Shown in pieces: positions 22,172-34,405 of a DNA stretch of 64,000 nucleotides (the first letter of the stretch is position 1; the number at the start of each line of letters is the position of its first letter). This DNA is from Camelus dromedarius. Taxonomy: Eukaryota. The position numbers were made by a program, and so were the translations under genes. The notes below the pieces were generated by a model, which saw only the letters and a program-made list of their open reading frames with translations, had not been told where the DNA came from and searched no databases. The stretch spans positions 4,030,001 through 4,094,000 of the forward strand of contig NC_087436.1 of assembly GCF_036321535.1 (NCBI RefSeq), written 5' to 3'.

Positions 22172-24440
22172 ATATTATTTAACTCAAAATTCAAAAAACA
22201 CCTTGCATTTGACACAACATTGTAAACTTGACTATACTTCAATTAAAAAAAAATCCTTGCCTTACAAGAATACATCTGGATTATGGAAGTTTGCAAATGT
22301 AAAATGCCTAGGTTACAACCTGCATAAAAAGGGGGGACTGTACAAATTTACTATCCCTCCTTTATGAGCTATATTACATTTGGGGGGGATTATAACCTCT
22401 CAGAGCTAATTTCCTCAGATTAAAAAAAAGAAAACATTACCTGATTCTCAGTATTGCTGAAGAATCTGATAATCCTATGAAGGCATCTGATACACAGAGG
22501 TTACTCAATAAATGTTTGTTGAATGAATGAATAAACAAGCAAAGTGAATGCTGCTCCCTGCCACAGACCATCATATTGGTACTGCCTGGAAATCCCAAGC
22601 CCACGTTCACCCGACTCTACACTAACCATGTTGGTGAACTGTGCAGGCCTGTGTGCTTCTCTAAACCCCAGTTTAATCATGAATAGAAATGAGGGCAATA
22701 ACACAAACCTCAAAGGGTTAGTGAGTCAGTAATGAATTGTACCCGAAATTTGCAAGATTGAGCCATTAAGGAAAATTGGGCAAAGGGTCCATAGGCCCTC
22801 TCCATATTATCTCTTACAACTACATGGGAATCTACATTACATCACAAAATTAAAAGTCTAATTTTTTAAAGAGGCTATTGAGGTTAAATGAGCTCACTGT
22901 CTCAAATAAGGAACACACAGCACAAATAGGACAATCCCTAGACCATGAGATACACTCAGTTAAATTTCCCACTGAACCCACTGGTCCCTCCAACTTCAGA
23001 GCATGAGGATGGGTCCTCGTGGCCAGGGGCCACTACACCTGAAGCTAACAAAGCTAATGTTCCCCACTTCCAGGAGCCCCTGTCACCACCCTAGGTCTAA
23101 GTTTGTATTTGTAATTTTTTTTTCTTTTTATTAAATAGAAACCCCCAATTGCATAGCCTTCAGTTCAGCAAAACCTGACCACAGAGATAATGATGGCAGC
23201 CCTTCTTGGTGAAACAATAAAATGAAAAGCCATTTCCACAAGAACTGTGTGTAAATCTACTAGGGAACTTCATCCTGGACTGAGGGGAAGAGGACTGGGG
23301 AGGAGGGGGCAATCTGCGGCACACAGACCCATGGGCCACCTGTCCCACGATGGACTTTAGTTTCAACACTCACCCTCCAGGAACTTCAAAATACACACAG
23401 ACAGAGTGCTATGGACAAGATTTTTTTTTTAAAGAAATCACTGACTCCCTAGCAGCTCTTGTTTCTACTGAGACACAAATGGATTATGTGTATAATGTTT
23501 CACAAAAACCCTAAAATAGTAGCACCCCAACTTGACACATGAAGAAACTGAGGGAGAGAGGTTTATCACATTGTGCAAGACTAGAGAGAGGCCACATCAG
23601 ACACCGTATTTAAACCCAATCCCCTGCTCCATTGCTCACACTAGAAAGTGTGAAATACTGCCCCTTTCCTGCCCTTTCCCTGCAATAAATCTCTGAAGAG
23701 TCTTTTCTGTGCCACTTGGAATCACAATCACATCAGTTTTCCACAAAGAACTATGTCACTCCTTGGAGGACATATCAAAATCTAACGGGTTGGAATGGGA
23801 GGAGAGATTTGTATTTTCTGTTTCTCAAAGGAAACATGGCTTTAAAAGAAACTGAAAAGGACTTATCTAGTCTATGGTCTCATTGTGCAGAGAAGGAAAC
23901 GGAGGCTCAGAAGAGATGAGGAAAGGGCCTTATTAACAAATATTGCCTGAGTGCAGCACCAAGCCAGCCATGGGCACTGCTGTGGGAGGATCTGGGAGGC
24001 CCAGGAGAATGAGTGTTAGAAAAAGGAAAGATAAGAAGCATACAAGGCCCTGTCTCTACATCACCATACCATGGAGTTCCACCAAATTACCCAGTATGGG
24101 TGCAGCCAACATTAAGGTGGGCTAGAGAGGTTATAGAAACCTGGAATTCTCAACCATAGTGGAAATTCCAAAATTTACTATGCTTTTTCCCAAGTTCATG
24201 CATCAGCTCAGTGGGCACTCTGTACCAGGAACTACATAAGGCCTCGAGTTCTCCCAAATACAGATCTCTATTACCACGTGTGCAAACCACATAGAGGCCC
24301 ACCAGAAGAAAAACGCCCACAGATAAGATGGAATTACTGAAACTGAAAGCAGCCAAAAAGCATACATTAACTAGGAAAAATGGTGCTGCTAGAAATGGAC
24401 TCATGGACATAGAAATAAACTGTGTTTAGCAGGCAGGAAA

Positions 24441-24650
24441 GGGGGGATTAACAGATACACATTAATAAATATAAAATAAATGACAAGGACCTGCTATATA
24501 GCACAGGGAACTATATTCATGTTATTGTAATGAGTTGTACTAAAAACAATCTAAAACATATGTATATATATATGAATATGTTTATAACTGAATCTCTGCT
24601 GTACACCTGAAACTAACATTATAAGTTAACTACACTTCAATAAAAAATAA
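24441..24650 (+). mobile_element. L1 3' end (cetartiodactyl-type)
   Basis: caaggacctgctatatagcacagggaactatattc...ctgtacacctgaaactaaca...cttcaataaaaa. Confidence 0.8.
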
Positions 24651-25779
24651 TTAGAAAAATAAGAGCAAGTCATTAAAAAAATAAAAGAACACTGTACTCA
24701 CCATAGCTGTAGGTGGTGGAGAATTCTGGCTGCAAGCAACAAGTCCACTGGATCACTCCAGCGCTGACTATCACCCTTTCTGACCATCAGAGATTCACTG
24801 GGCTTCACTGAGGTTACTTTTCTCTTCTGTGAAAGGTTACATTTGCAATTAACAATGTATAGAATCTCATCATTCACAAGCCCAAAAATTAGTGAGGACT
24901 TCCCATGGGCCAGGCTCTGGACAGATGAAAAGATAAGGTCTCATATATATTCATGGTTAGAAGAAATTTATGTCATAAAGATATTAATTCTTCCTGTTTT
25001 GATAGACAGATTCAATGCAATTCTGATTAGAATTCCTACCAGATGTTTCATGGAATGTAGCAAGTTAATTTATGGTCAGGAACAGCCAAGAAACTTCTTT
25101 AGAACCACCACTGGTGAAGGGTGGATAGGTCATTGATTTCCACTGTTCTTCCTGAAGTGATGAAAACATTCTGGAATAATAATGGTTGCAGCACTGTGAA
25201 TATGCTAAAAGCTGGTGAATTGTACCATTTAAATGGATGGAATTCATGGTATGTGAACAATATCACAATAAAGCTGTTATATGAAAAAAATATTTCTGGA
25301 CAATTATTTTCCCCTCTATACAACTAGTCTGCCGCACAAATAAAGAAAAACAAAAAACCAAACCAAACCAAACTGTGCCAAGAGCTCTTTAGGACTGCAA
25401 TGTCCCTAGGTCTCCAATGCCTCTGGTGGTGCTGTTCCTGTTAACACACTCTAGCTGGGCTGGACTAGTTAGGGACTGTAACTATCTTTCTAAAATCGAC
25501 AGTCACACGTTTCACCCTGGGAGAGGGAAGCCTGGAGGATGTCACAGACTCATGCCTTCAGCTCATTTTTAACTGAACCAAGCCCTGCTTTCAACACTGT
25601 AATCCCTCTCACTATAAAAACACGTGACATCAACAGGCACCGCCATCATAACACCTGAAAGTGTTCAAGGAACTTGCCTGGGGCAGAAACACTGAGGGAG
25701 GAGACTGAAGCTTCCTTAGCACTGACGCTCCCTTTTGCCGACTCCACCAGGAGAAGCTGGGCTTTACAGCCTGAGGCTC

Positions 25780-26900
25780 TCAGCCCGGGGAGCAGCACCC
25801 ACGCCGCTGACCTAGTCCTGAGGGAGCTGGAAAGGGAGAGGAGGGCAGCCCCGGGGTCACGGGGCAGGGAAAGCGGGGGGTTGGGGACGCGGGCTGCAGC
25901 CCCGCTCGGAGGCCAGCCCCAGCCCCAGCCCCAGCCGCCCGCCCCCGTCCGGGTCCGCAAACCCCGCCCGCCCGGGACACAGCCCTCCCAGGGTCAGGGA
26001 CGAGCCGGCGGCCAAGGAGAGGAAGCCCGGGAGGAGAGGATTCGCGGGCGGGAGAGGGGAAGGGGACGCCAGCCGTGGACTGAGGGGAGCCCGGCTGGGG
26101 CGAGAGGCGGCAGGTGCACACCTGGCCCTGGACAGCTGTGGCCGGGGTGCCGGTGTAGAGGGGCCTGGCCTGAGCAATTTAGCTGAACACACGCTGACTC
26201 GCGCCCTCGCTGGCTGTGACACGCGGACCGCCCTCCCGCAGCCGCCTGAACACTTCCCGTGAGCCCGCCACCTTGCACTTCCACAGCCGGAGGCCCCGGC
26301 ACCGGGCAGGAGCTAAAGGCTTACCGGGCGACAGAGCTGAGAAGACTTTGGGGCCGATCCCCTGCTCGGAGCTGGAGCTTCCAACCCGCGGTCCAGCTGG
26401 CACTGACTGCGCATGCGCAGGAGGGCCAGCGAGCCTCTGGGTTCTGTGAGAGAAGCTGGGGAAGTGAGGGAGGGAGAAGATGGGAGGAGGAGGGGAGGAG
26501 GGGAAAAGTGGAGGGAGACAGATGGACAGGAGGTGCACAGAGAAGGGAGGGATCTGGAGGGGGAGGGGAGTAGCAGAGATGGAGAGAAAAAGCTTTACAT
26601 CTGGGGGCACCCCGAAACAGGCGGCAGTCCTGCCTCTGTACCCTTCTCTAACACTTCAAGGCCCGCAGCTCAAATTTTACCTCCCTGGTCCAGCCCTCCA
26701 GCCGAGGCCTCTGCAGAACCCCTACGGGAATCACACCTGTTGCCCCACGCGGAGCTGGGTTTCTTGTTGCTCTGGGACCCAAGCACCCGCGGGTGTTGTC
26801 GCTCAGAACTACCTTGGGAAGAGTACATATTCCCCTTTTACACGCTGGGAAACAGGCAGGCACTATCTCTGCCTTAGCTCCACTGTCCCAGTTGTTGGGC
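25780..26900 (-). promoter_or_regulatory. TRAPPC9: CpG-island promoter and first-exon region of the TRAPPC9 duplicate
   Basis: CpG-rich. Perfect NRF1 palindrome TGCGCATGCGCA at 26408-26419, GC boxes, candidate donor CCG|GTAAGC at 26325. EVKFELRALK (26654-26683) matches the N-terminal extension of the long human TRAPPC9 isoform as I recall it. Confidence 0.75.
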
Positions 26901-27091
26901 TGGCGGGGAGCGGGAAGTACAAGATCAGAGCCCCAGACTGAGCAGACTGCCTAAGTGTTAGTGCATAGTCCCCATACCTCCTGAGTAAACCACACCCCAC
27001 CCTAGTGGAACCATCAAGGGCTCACAGTAGGTCCCTGGGTGTGGGAAAGCTGTCCTCAGTTCCAGTGCCCAGCTTGCTAGGTAGATAAGAG

Positions 27092-27575
27092 TGTTACCGA
27101 GTCCAAATTCATTCTCCTCAGTGCAGGACAGGCCAATAGGTTCAGAGACTAGGTGTTGGGGCATGGAATAGCAAGTTTTTGTAGACCTTGATGGCAAACT
27201 AATGTCCTGGAAAACCATCTCCCCAAGTCAGAATTCAGGCTCCTTTCCTACGTGCTTGGTTGTAGTAAACTTCTTGGTGTAGGAATTCTTTTTTGTTAGA
27301 ATCCTTTGTTCTTGCAGCTATCTGCCTGGGTCATATCTCTGTAAACCTCCAACAAAACAAAAGTTATTTTCTATTCTGCAACTTGTTATCTTTATATGAA
27401 TGGAAAAGTGTTAAATATCCTTAAAAGTCAGAGCCTTCAGAATAGGCTCTCCTGTATATTTCAGGCTCTAGGCAACATTGTTTCACAAGAAACATGAAGC
27501 CTAGGAGACAGAGCACAGAGTTAAAGTCAAAGGAAAAGATCTAGTATGGAGTCAGATTTGTTCTTTTCTATTACC
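27092..27575 (-). mobile_element. Solo LTR (ERV1, MER41-like)
   Basis: tgttaccgag... to ...gagtcagatttgttcttttctattac; reverse-complement homologue of 28245-28763. Confidence 0.75.
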
Positions 27576-28244
27576 CGGGCAGAAGGCACTTGAAGATTTA
27601 AACCCCTTTAAGTTAAAAATAAGTAAAAGTTTAAAGGAATTTACATACATAGGTGGGAATGTGCATAACATATCTGGAAAAGCACACAAAGGATAGTAAA
27701 CAGTGGCATCTCCAGGGACGGCTGGAAGAACAGGGGATGAGGGAAAACTTCTTTCACTTGTGTATTTTTGTGCTCTGTTTGAGATTTTTTTAACCATATG
27801 CATGTATTTCTTTTTCAGTTAAAAAAAATTGTAATGGAACAAAGGAGTAACTAGCACAGCAAATACAGCAGCCATAGAATCACTGTGCCATCACTTTTAA
27901 TTTAAGCCAGGAAACATTTATTGACTCTCTCCTATGTGCCCAGTGCTGTTTTAAGACTTCTTTTATTATTTTTATTTTTATTTTTATTTTATAAAATAAT
28001 AACATGCTATCCCTCACCCCTGCCCAGGGCTGGTGGAAAACCAACTGAGTTTTTCTTGAGTTGTTTTCCAAGGAGTAGAGATGAGTTATAAACAGGACAC
28101 ATCTTCCGTGCAAAACAGTTGGAGTGGTTTTCCAGCAGACCAGACAGCTATGAAGGGTTTACAATAGAGGCGCCCAGAGGCTAAGAGAGAAAGCCTCCAG
28201 GACCCTACAACAAGCTGCCCAAAGTGCCTTCTCCATGGCACTAC

Positions 28245-28763
28245 TGAAATAGGAAAGAACAAATCTGACTCCATATTAGATCTGTTCTTTTGACTTTAAC
28301 CCTGTGCCCTGTTTCCTAGGTTTAGTCTTGTTGGTTCTGCACCTTTTGTAAAACAATGTTGCCTAGAGCCTGAAATATACAGGAGACCCTATTCTCAAGG
28401 CTCTGACTTTAAAGGATATTAACACTTTTCCATTCATATAAAGATAACAAGTTACAGAATAGAAAATAACATTTGTTTGTTGGAGGTTTACACGGATCTG
28501 ACCCAGGCGAAGAGCTGCAAGAACAAAATATTCTAACAACAAAGAATTCATAAACCAAGTTTGCAACAACCAAGCATTCCTGCTTCCCCTTTTTAATATA
28601 AAAAGAGCCTGAATTCTGACTTTGGGAGATGGTTTTCCAGGACATTAGACTTCCATCTTCTTATCTGGCTTTCCAAATTAAAGTCGCTATTTCTTGCCCC
28701 AAAATGGTCTCCAGATTTATTGGCCTGTAATGCACAAGCAGAACAAGCCTGGACTTGGAAACA
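28245..28763 (+). mobile_element. Solo LTR (ERV1, MER41-like), same family as 27092-27575
   Basis: TGAAATAGG...GGAAACA ends, with TATAAAA near 28598 and ATTAAA near 28677. Confidence 0.75.
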
Positions 28764-29755
28764 CAAACATACATTGAAAGTACCCATTTGGTATATTAAA
28801 TGACCTGCTTCCACTCGTCTTCCTGACGTTTTCTTCTCTTGACCACTCCTGCTATGTTTATGAAAAGCCTGTCATGTGGACACATTTGCATCTCTTGCCA
28901 CTACCCTTCCAGGTAAGAACTGATGCCAAGAAGTCAATGGAAGTTGCTAGAATGTATTACCTGGCCAGAAAAGAGCAGAAGTGTTCACTGGCTGATGTTC
29001 AGGAGCAGGCTGGGACACCTGACAAGATGTCATAAGTACGGATAGACAGCTGGGCACCAAAGGAGAAGCTTCTAAGCCTCCATGAGGGACTTGTTGCATA
29101 GGAAGGAAAAGTCCCAGCCTATAGCTCTGATCCCACCATGAGCTTCCTGAGTGAGGCTGGACAAGTCACTTAAATTCTCTAGGCCCGTGCTGTCCACCAT
29201 GGGAGCCACCAGCCACATTCAGGATTATGAAGTTATTCTGTAGCCAGACAGATTTGTAAATACACATTTTATTGCAAAGGTTCAGCAAATATAATATTTA
29301 AAAACATTATTGGTTATCTTGCCCTAACGAGTTATTTTTTTATGTCTAGCTTCCTGTGGTTTGCAATGCCTGCGACTAATGATTCCCTCACAGTGAGTTA
29401 TTTTGAAATTATAAGTTACTGGACACAGTACACTCATATCACACTTGAAAAAAATTGAACCACATAAGCAAGGTGATCTGACTTAGTAGTTATGAGCAGG
29501 GGCTCTGGGGTCAGCCTGCCTGAGTATAAATTCTCACTCTGCCTCCAGGGGATTCTGTGTGAATCTTGGAAAAATTATTGTTGTTGTTGTTGTTATTTGT
29601 GCCTCTTTTTCCTTCCCTTTTAAATAGCGAGGAATATGTAGACTCTATCTCATACCGTGTTGCCAGGATTAAATGACTAAACGTCTGTGCTGCCCACTTC
29701 CCTGGGTTTCAGCATTCTCCAGGCAATCAGTGTCAAACTCAGAGGCATTCTCCAC

Positions 29756-30095
29756 TGTCTTCGTCAGTCTGGGATGCTGTAACAAATTACCATGGGTCGG
29801 GTGGCTTAAACAACCAGCATGTTCCTTAAGTTTTGGAGGCTATCTGGGATAGGATAGCCTTCATGGCTCAAAGATGGCTGTCTTCCCACTATCTTCATGG
29901 GCCAGAGAGCAGAGAGAAGCAAGCAATCTGGGGCCCTTTATAAGGGCACTAATCCCATTCATGAGGGCTCTACTCTCATGACCTCATTTTATCCTAGTAA
30001 TCACCTCCCAAAGGCCCCGCCTCCCAATACCATCACCCTGGGAGTTGGGGTTTCGACACATGGATTTTGAGGGGATGCAAACATTCAGTCCACAC
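29756..30095 (-). mobile_element. MaLR LTR (MLT1A-like)
   Basis: ctgtaacaaattaccat...gtggcttaaacaac, tataagggcactaatcccattcatgagggc, acattcagtcca. Confidence 0.75.
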
Positions 30096-30417
30096 ATCAC
30101 CTAACTCTCCCCAACATGCAATCATCAAACCTGTAGCTAATTTCAAAGTAATGTTTATATCTCTCAGCCCATTTCCATTACTGAATCCACTAACACTGAA
30201 GCCCTGTTATATTTTATTCCTTATTTTTCTGGTAGAGATTTAATTGATTCCTCTACTCCAATGCTCTCCTCACACCAAACAGTCCTCCTAACAGCCCTGC
30301 CGGGTAGGTCTTCCTTAAAACACCTTCCCACTGCACCTGGTTGTTTTTTAGGTGTAAATGTCAGAATCCTCTCCACACCCCAGCCTAGAACTTTAATCCC
30401 TTACACTACCGCTCACT

Positions 30418-31178
30418 ATGTTATTTTTCTATTACCACTGTAACAAACTTCCATAAGCGTAACAACTTAAACCAGCACAGATTTATCACCTTATGGCTGT
30501 GGAGGTCAGAGATCCAACACAGTTCTCATTGAGCTAAATTCAAGTTAACAGCAGGGTTCCTTCCTTCTACAGGATCTAGAAGAGAATGTTTCCTTGTGTT
30601 TGTTTTTTTTCCAATTTCCAGAGGTCACTCACCTTCCTTAGCTTGTGCCCCACGACTTCCTCCATTTTCATGGTCAGCAGCCTTTCTGAACACTGCTCCA
30701 TGGCTACACCTCCCTCTGATTTTAAACTCAGCTGGGCTGTGTCCTGCATTTTAAGGACCCCTGTGATTACATTGGGCTCACCTGGACAATCCAGGCTACT
30801 CACCCTATTGTCTCCTCTCAGGATCCCCTTCTCCCCTCCCACTCAGGCATTATGTATGTGGCTGTGACACTCACCTTGTGTGACATTTCCTCCCATGAGC
30901 AATTTAAGGTTCAAGGCACTTATGAATGACTTTTTGTTTTTTTTCCTTAGTCTTTCTACCTTCAGTATGTGTGGTGAGATTATATGAATCCTTTTTATTT
31001 GTGGCCCTCCACTAATCTTTAATAATGTATCATGGGTTTAAAAGGCTAATAGACAATTTAGAAGGCAGAAATCCTCTAAGATTTTTCTAATATATCTGTC
31101 ATCCCTTTTGCCATGTATAGAAACATGTCAGTGTTGGCTAACCTGTGGCGGGGGAGGAACATGATTCTGCCGCCACAC
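30418..31178 (-). mobile_element. MaLR LTR (MLT1-like) containing an inserted inverted duplication
   Basis: ctgtaacaaacttccata..., tttaaggacccctgtgattacattgggctcacctggacaatccagg, cccttttgccatgta. Confidence 0.7.
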
Positions 31179-32834
31179 TCCACTCATTCACACCAATTTG
31201 ATGATCGGCTAACAAAGGATCTATGCTCCCCGCTTCGCTCACTTCCTCCTCCTTTGTATTGACTATCCTGTTCCCACTGCTTCCTTCATTCACCACATCA
31301 GGATTTCATGACCACATTCTTCTCTAAATGGAATGGGTATCTTGCATCTAATGTCTGATAACTGTTCTTATTGTATATGCACACACTGACCTACACATAA
31401 CCCCACCCATCTCTTTATTTTCCTAGAATCATCCAGAGGAATCAGTTCCATGATGATGATGATGATGATGATACTGACAGAGATGACGGGGGCCTCTCAA
31501 GGATTCTGATAAAGAGGGAATCAATAAAGGGAGGGAATCATTGCAAAATTGCCCCAGAAACAGGCTTAAAAGTAAATAACTGCTAAAGTGTTTAATGAAA
31601 TTGACTAATATTTAACTATTTTTAAAACTTTGTAACACTGAATTTAAAATTTTACTGGGAATTTTCATTCACCCCTAACCAGGATTCAACTCTAGGACCA
31701 AAATCTAAGGATTTCTATCTTCTAACAAATTGTCCACTAGGCTTTTAAACACGTGATCCTTTAAAAAGAGTAAGTGCTGGGCTGAAAATAAGCAGGATTC
31801 ATATAATCTCACCAGACACAGTGAGTGTGGAAAGACCAAGGAAGAAAAACAAAAAGCCATTCATAACATCTTGAACTTTACGTTGCTCACAGTAGAAAAT
31901 GTTAGCCAAGGTGAGCATCATATCAACATGACGCCTGAGTGGGATGGGGAAGCTGATCTTCCTCATCAGACATTTATGCTGATTTGTTAGATGCCAACAC
32001 AGTTTCCTCATTGGATTTGCTTCTAATAAGTATGGAAAAGTTTAGGCTCTACCAAGAACAGACTAAACATTTTCCCCTGCTGTCAGGTCACTGGACTAAA
32101 TGTCCCCACAAGAAAGATATGATTATGTTTCATAGGGAAGTCTTCCTGAGAAGCAACAGGCTTTTCTAGGGCAGAACTGTAGGTCCCCACATGGAGGGCT
32201 GGAGGAGGGCTTGAGGGGACACTGGAAAAACAACAGGAGTGAGTTCAGATACTGCTGCTCAGGTCGCCAAAGTCAGCAGTGCTATCTCTAAGGATATGTC
32301 ATTCTCCCAAAATTTCCATGAGTGAAGGAACCTGTGAACACTAAGCAGGTTTTTAAGACAAAGCAGCACATAATTTGCATCACAACTCAATTACAGTATG
32401 TTTTGATATTTGGAAAATAATTAGCTCATTGTTCTTTGAAACTGCAGCAGTAGTAATAGAAATAAAAAAGACTGAGCCGTCTTGGAGACAACAATCAATA
32501 AACAATTCTAAATCTGCAGGATTCCTTGACGATATGCAAACAATGAGCTAGATGTGTGCTGCAGTTACCTCTTACTGCAGGGCTCACTCCTGCAAAGCAT
32601 AGAACTAGTTTTCTCAGCAGATTAGGAATCTTGAGAGGCTTACTATATGGCAGGAAAGATCAGACAAGTACATACATCCAAATATGAATAAATGTAATCA
32701 AATATTATGAAATGTGAATGGAGCACAGACAAAAGAGAAATTCCTTTCACCTGGGATCTAGAGAGACTTCTTCAGAAAATGTGGCTTTGGAGATGGCCAA
32801 AGATATGGGTGGAATTTTGGCAGAACAGGATGTA

Positions 32835-34405
32835 AGGAATTTAAGAACTGATTCTAAAATTCATATAAAAATGCAAAGGATCCCAAATATCCAAAACAAC
32901 TTTGAACAAGAGAAACAAAGTTGGAAGACTTACACTATCTGATTTTCAGAATTTTTTTATAAAGCTACAGTAATCAGAAAGTATGGTGTTGGTGTAAAAC
33001 AGGAAAATAGAATAATGGAACAGAATAGAAAGTTCAGAACTAAACCAACACTTATATAGACAATTCATTCTCAAAAAGGATGCAGTGGAGGAAAGGATCT
33101 TTTCAACAAGTAGTGCTGGAATTGTTAGATAGTGATATGCAAAAAAAAAAAAATGAACTTTGATCCACACCTCACAAAATATACAAAAATTAACTCAAAG
33201 TGGATCATAGATCTTAATAGGAAATCTAAAACTATAAAACAGCTAGGAGAAAAAGCATAGGCTTAAGCTTTATGACCTTGGGTTTGGCAAATATTTCTTT
33301 GCTATGACACCAAAAGTATAATCTATTTTAAAAAGTAACTGATAGAGTGAACTTTACAAAAATGAAGACTCTTCAAAGCTCTTCTAAACACTGAGAAGCA
33401 AATGAAAAGACAAGCCATAGACAGAAGCTATTTGCAGATCATATATATGGTAAAGGTCTCTCTTTGTGTCTGATCCAGAATAAAAATGTTTCAAAACTCA
33501 ATAATAATGCAAACACCTGAATGAATGAATGAGGCCAGAAAACACACTTCAGTAAAGATATCCAGATGGATAATAAGCATATGAAAAGATGCTGATTAAA
33601 GATGCCATTAGTCATTAGAGAAATGTTTTTAAAAACCACAGTGAGATACTAGTACACATACATACTAGAATGTATATGATTAGAAAGACCGACCTTACAA
33701 AGTGCTGTCAAGGAAATAGAGCAGCCAGAACTGATACACAGCACGAGGAATTTACATTAGCACAACTATTTTGGAAAACTGTTTAACAGTTTCTTTAAAA
33801 AAGGTAAACACTTATCTAACATATAACCCAGATATTCCTCATCTGATGCTTTAGAAAATAAAAGCATATGTCCATACAAAGACTTGTAACCAAATATTCA
33901 CTGCAATATTATTTATAATAGCACAAGTTGTAAATAACCCATGCATCCATGAAGAAGTAAATGAAGAAACAAAGGATGGTCTATCCAAACACTGCTCACA
34001 ATAAACTATTCAGGAAAAACTCAGCACTAAGCAATACTCTGCTATAAGAAAAATAAGCTATTAATACAGCAACATAGATGACTCTCAAAATAATTACACT
34101 GAATGAAAGAAGTCAGACAACATAGAGTAGATACTGCATGAATCCATTCATACAACGATCTTCAAAATGCAAACCAGTATGTTGTGATAGAAAACAGATC
34201 AATGGTTTCCAGGGGAATAGACGGAGAGGGAGGGAGGGACAACAAAATGCAGGAGAAGAGTTTTGTGGGTGATGGGTATGTTCACTGTCTTGAATGTGGT
34301 CATGGTTTCTTGGGGATATACTTATGTCAAAACGTATTAAGTTGTACACTTTAAATGTGTGAAAATTATTTTGCCAAGTATACCTCAAAGCTGTCTTAAG
34401 AAAAA
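32835..34405 (+). mobile_element. Old L1M (ORF2 3' part and 3' UTR), degenerate
   Basis: Remnants such as ctgattctaaaattcatat, tataaagctacagtaatca, aaaaattaactcaaagtggatcatag, atgaaaagatgct, tccatacaaagacttgt. Confidence 0.85.
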
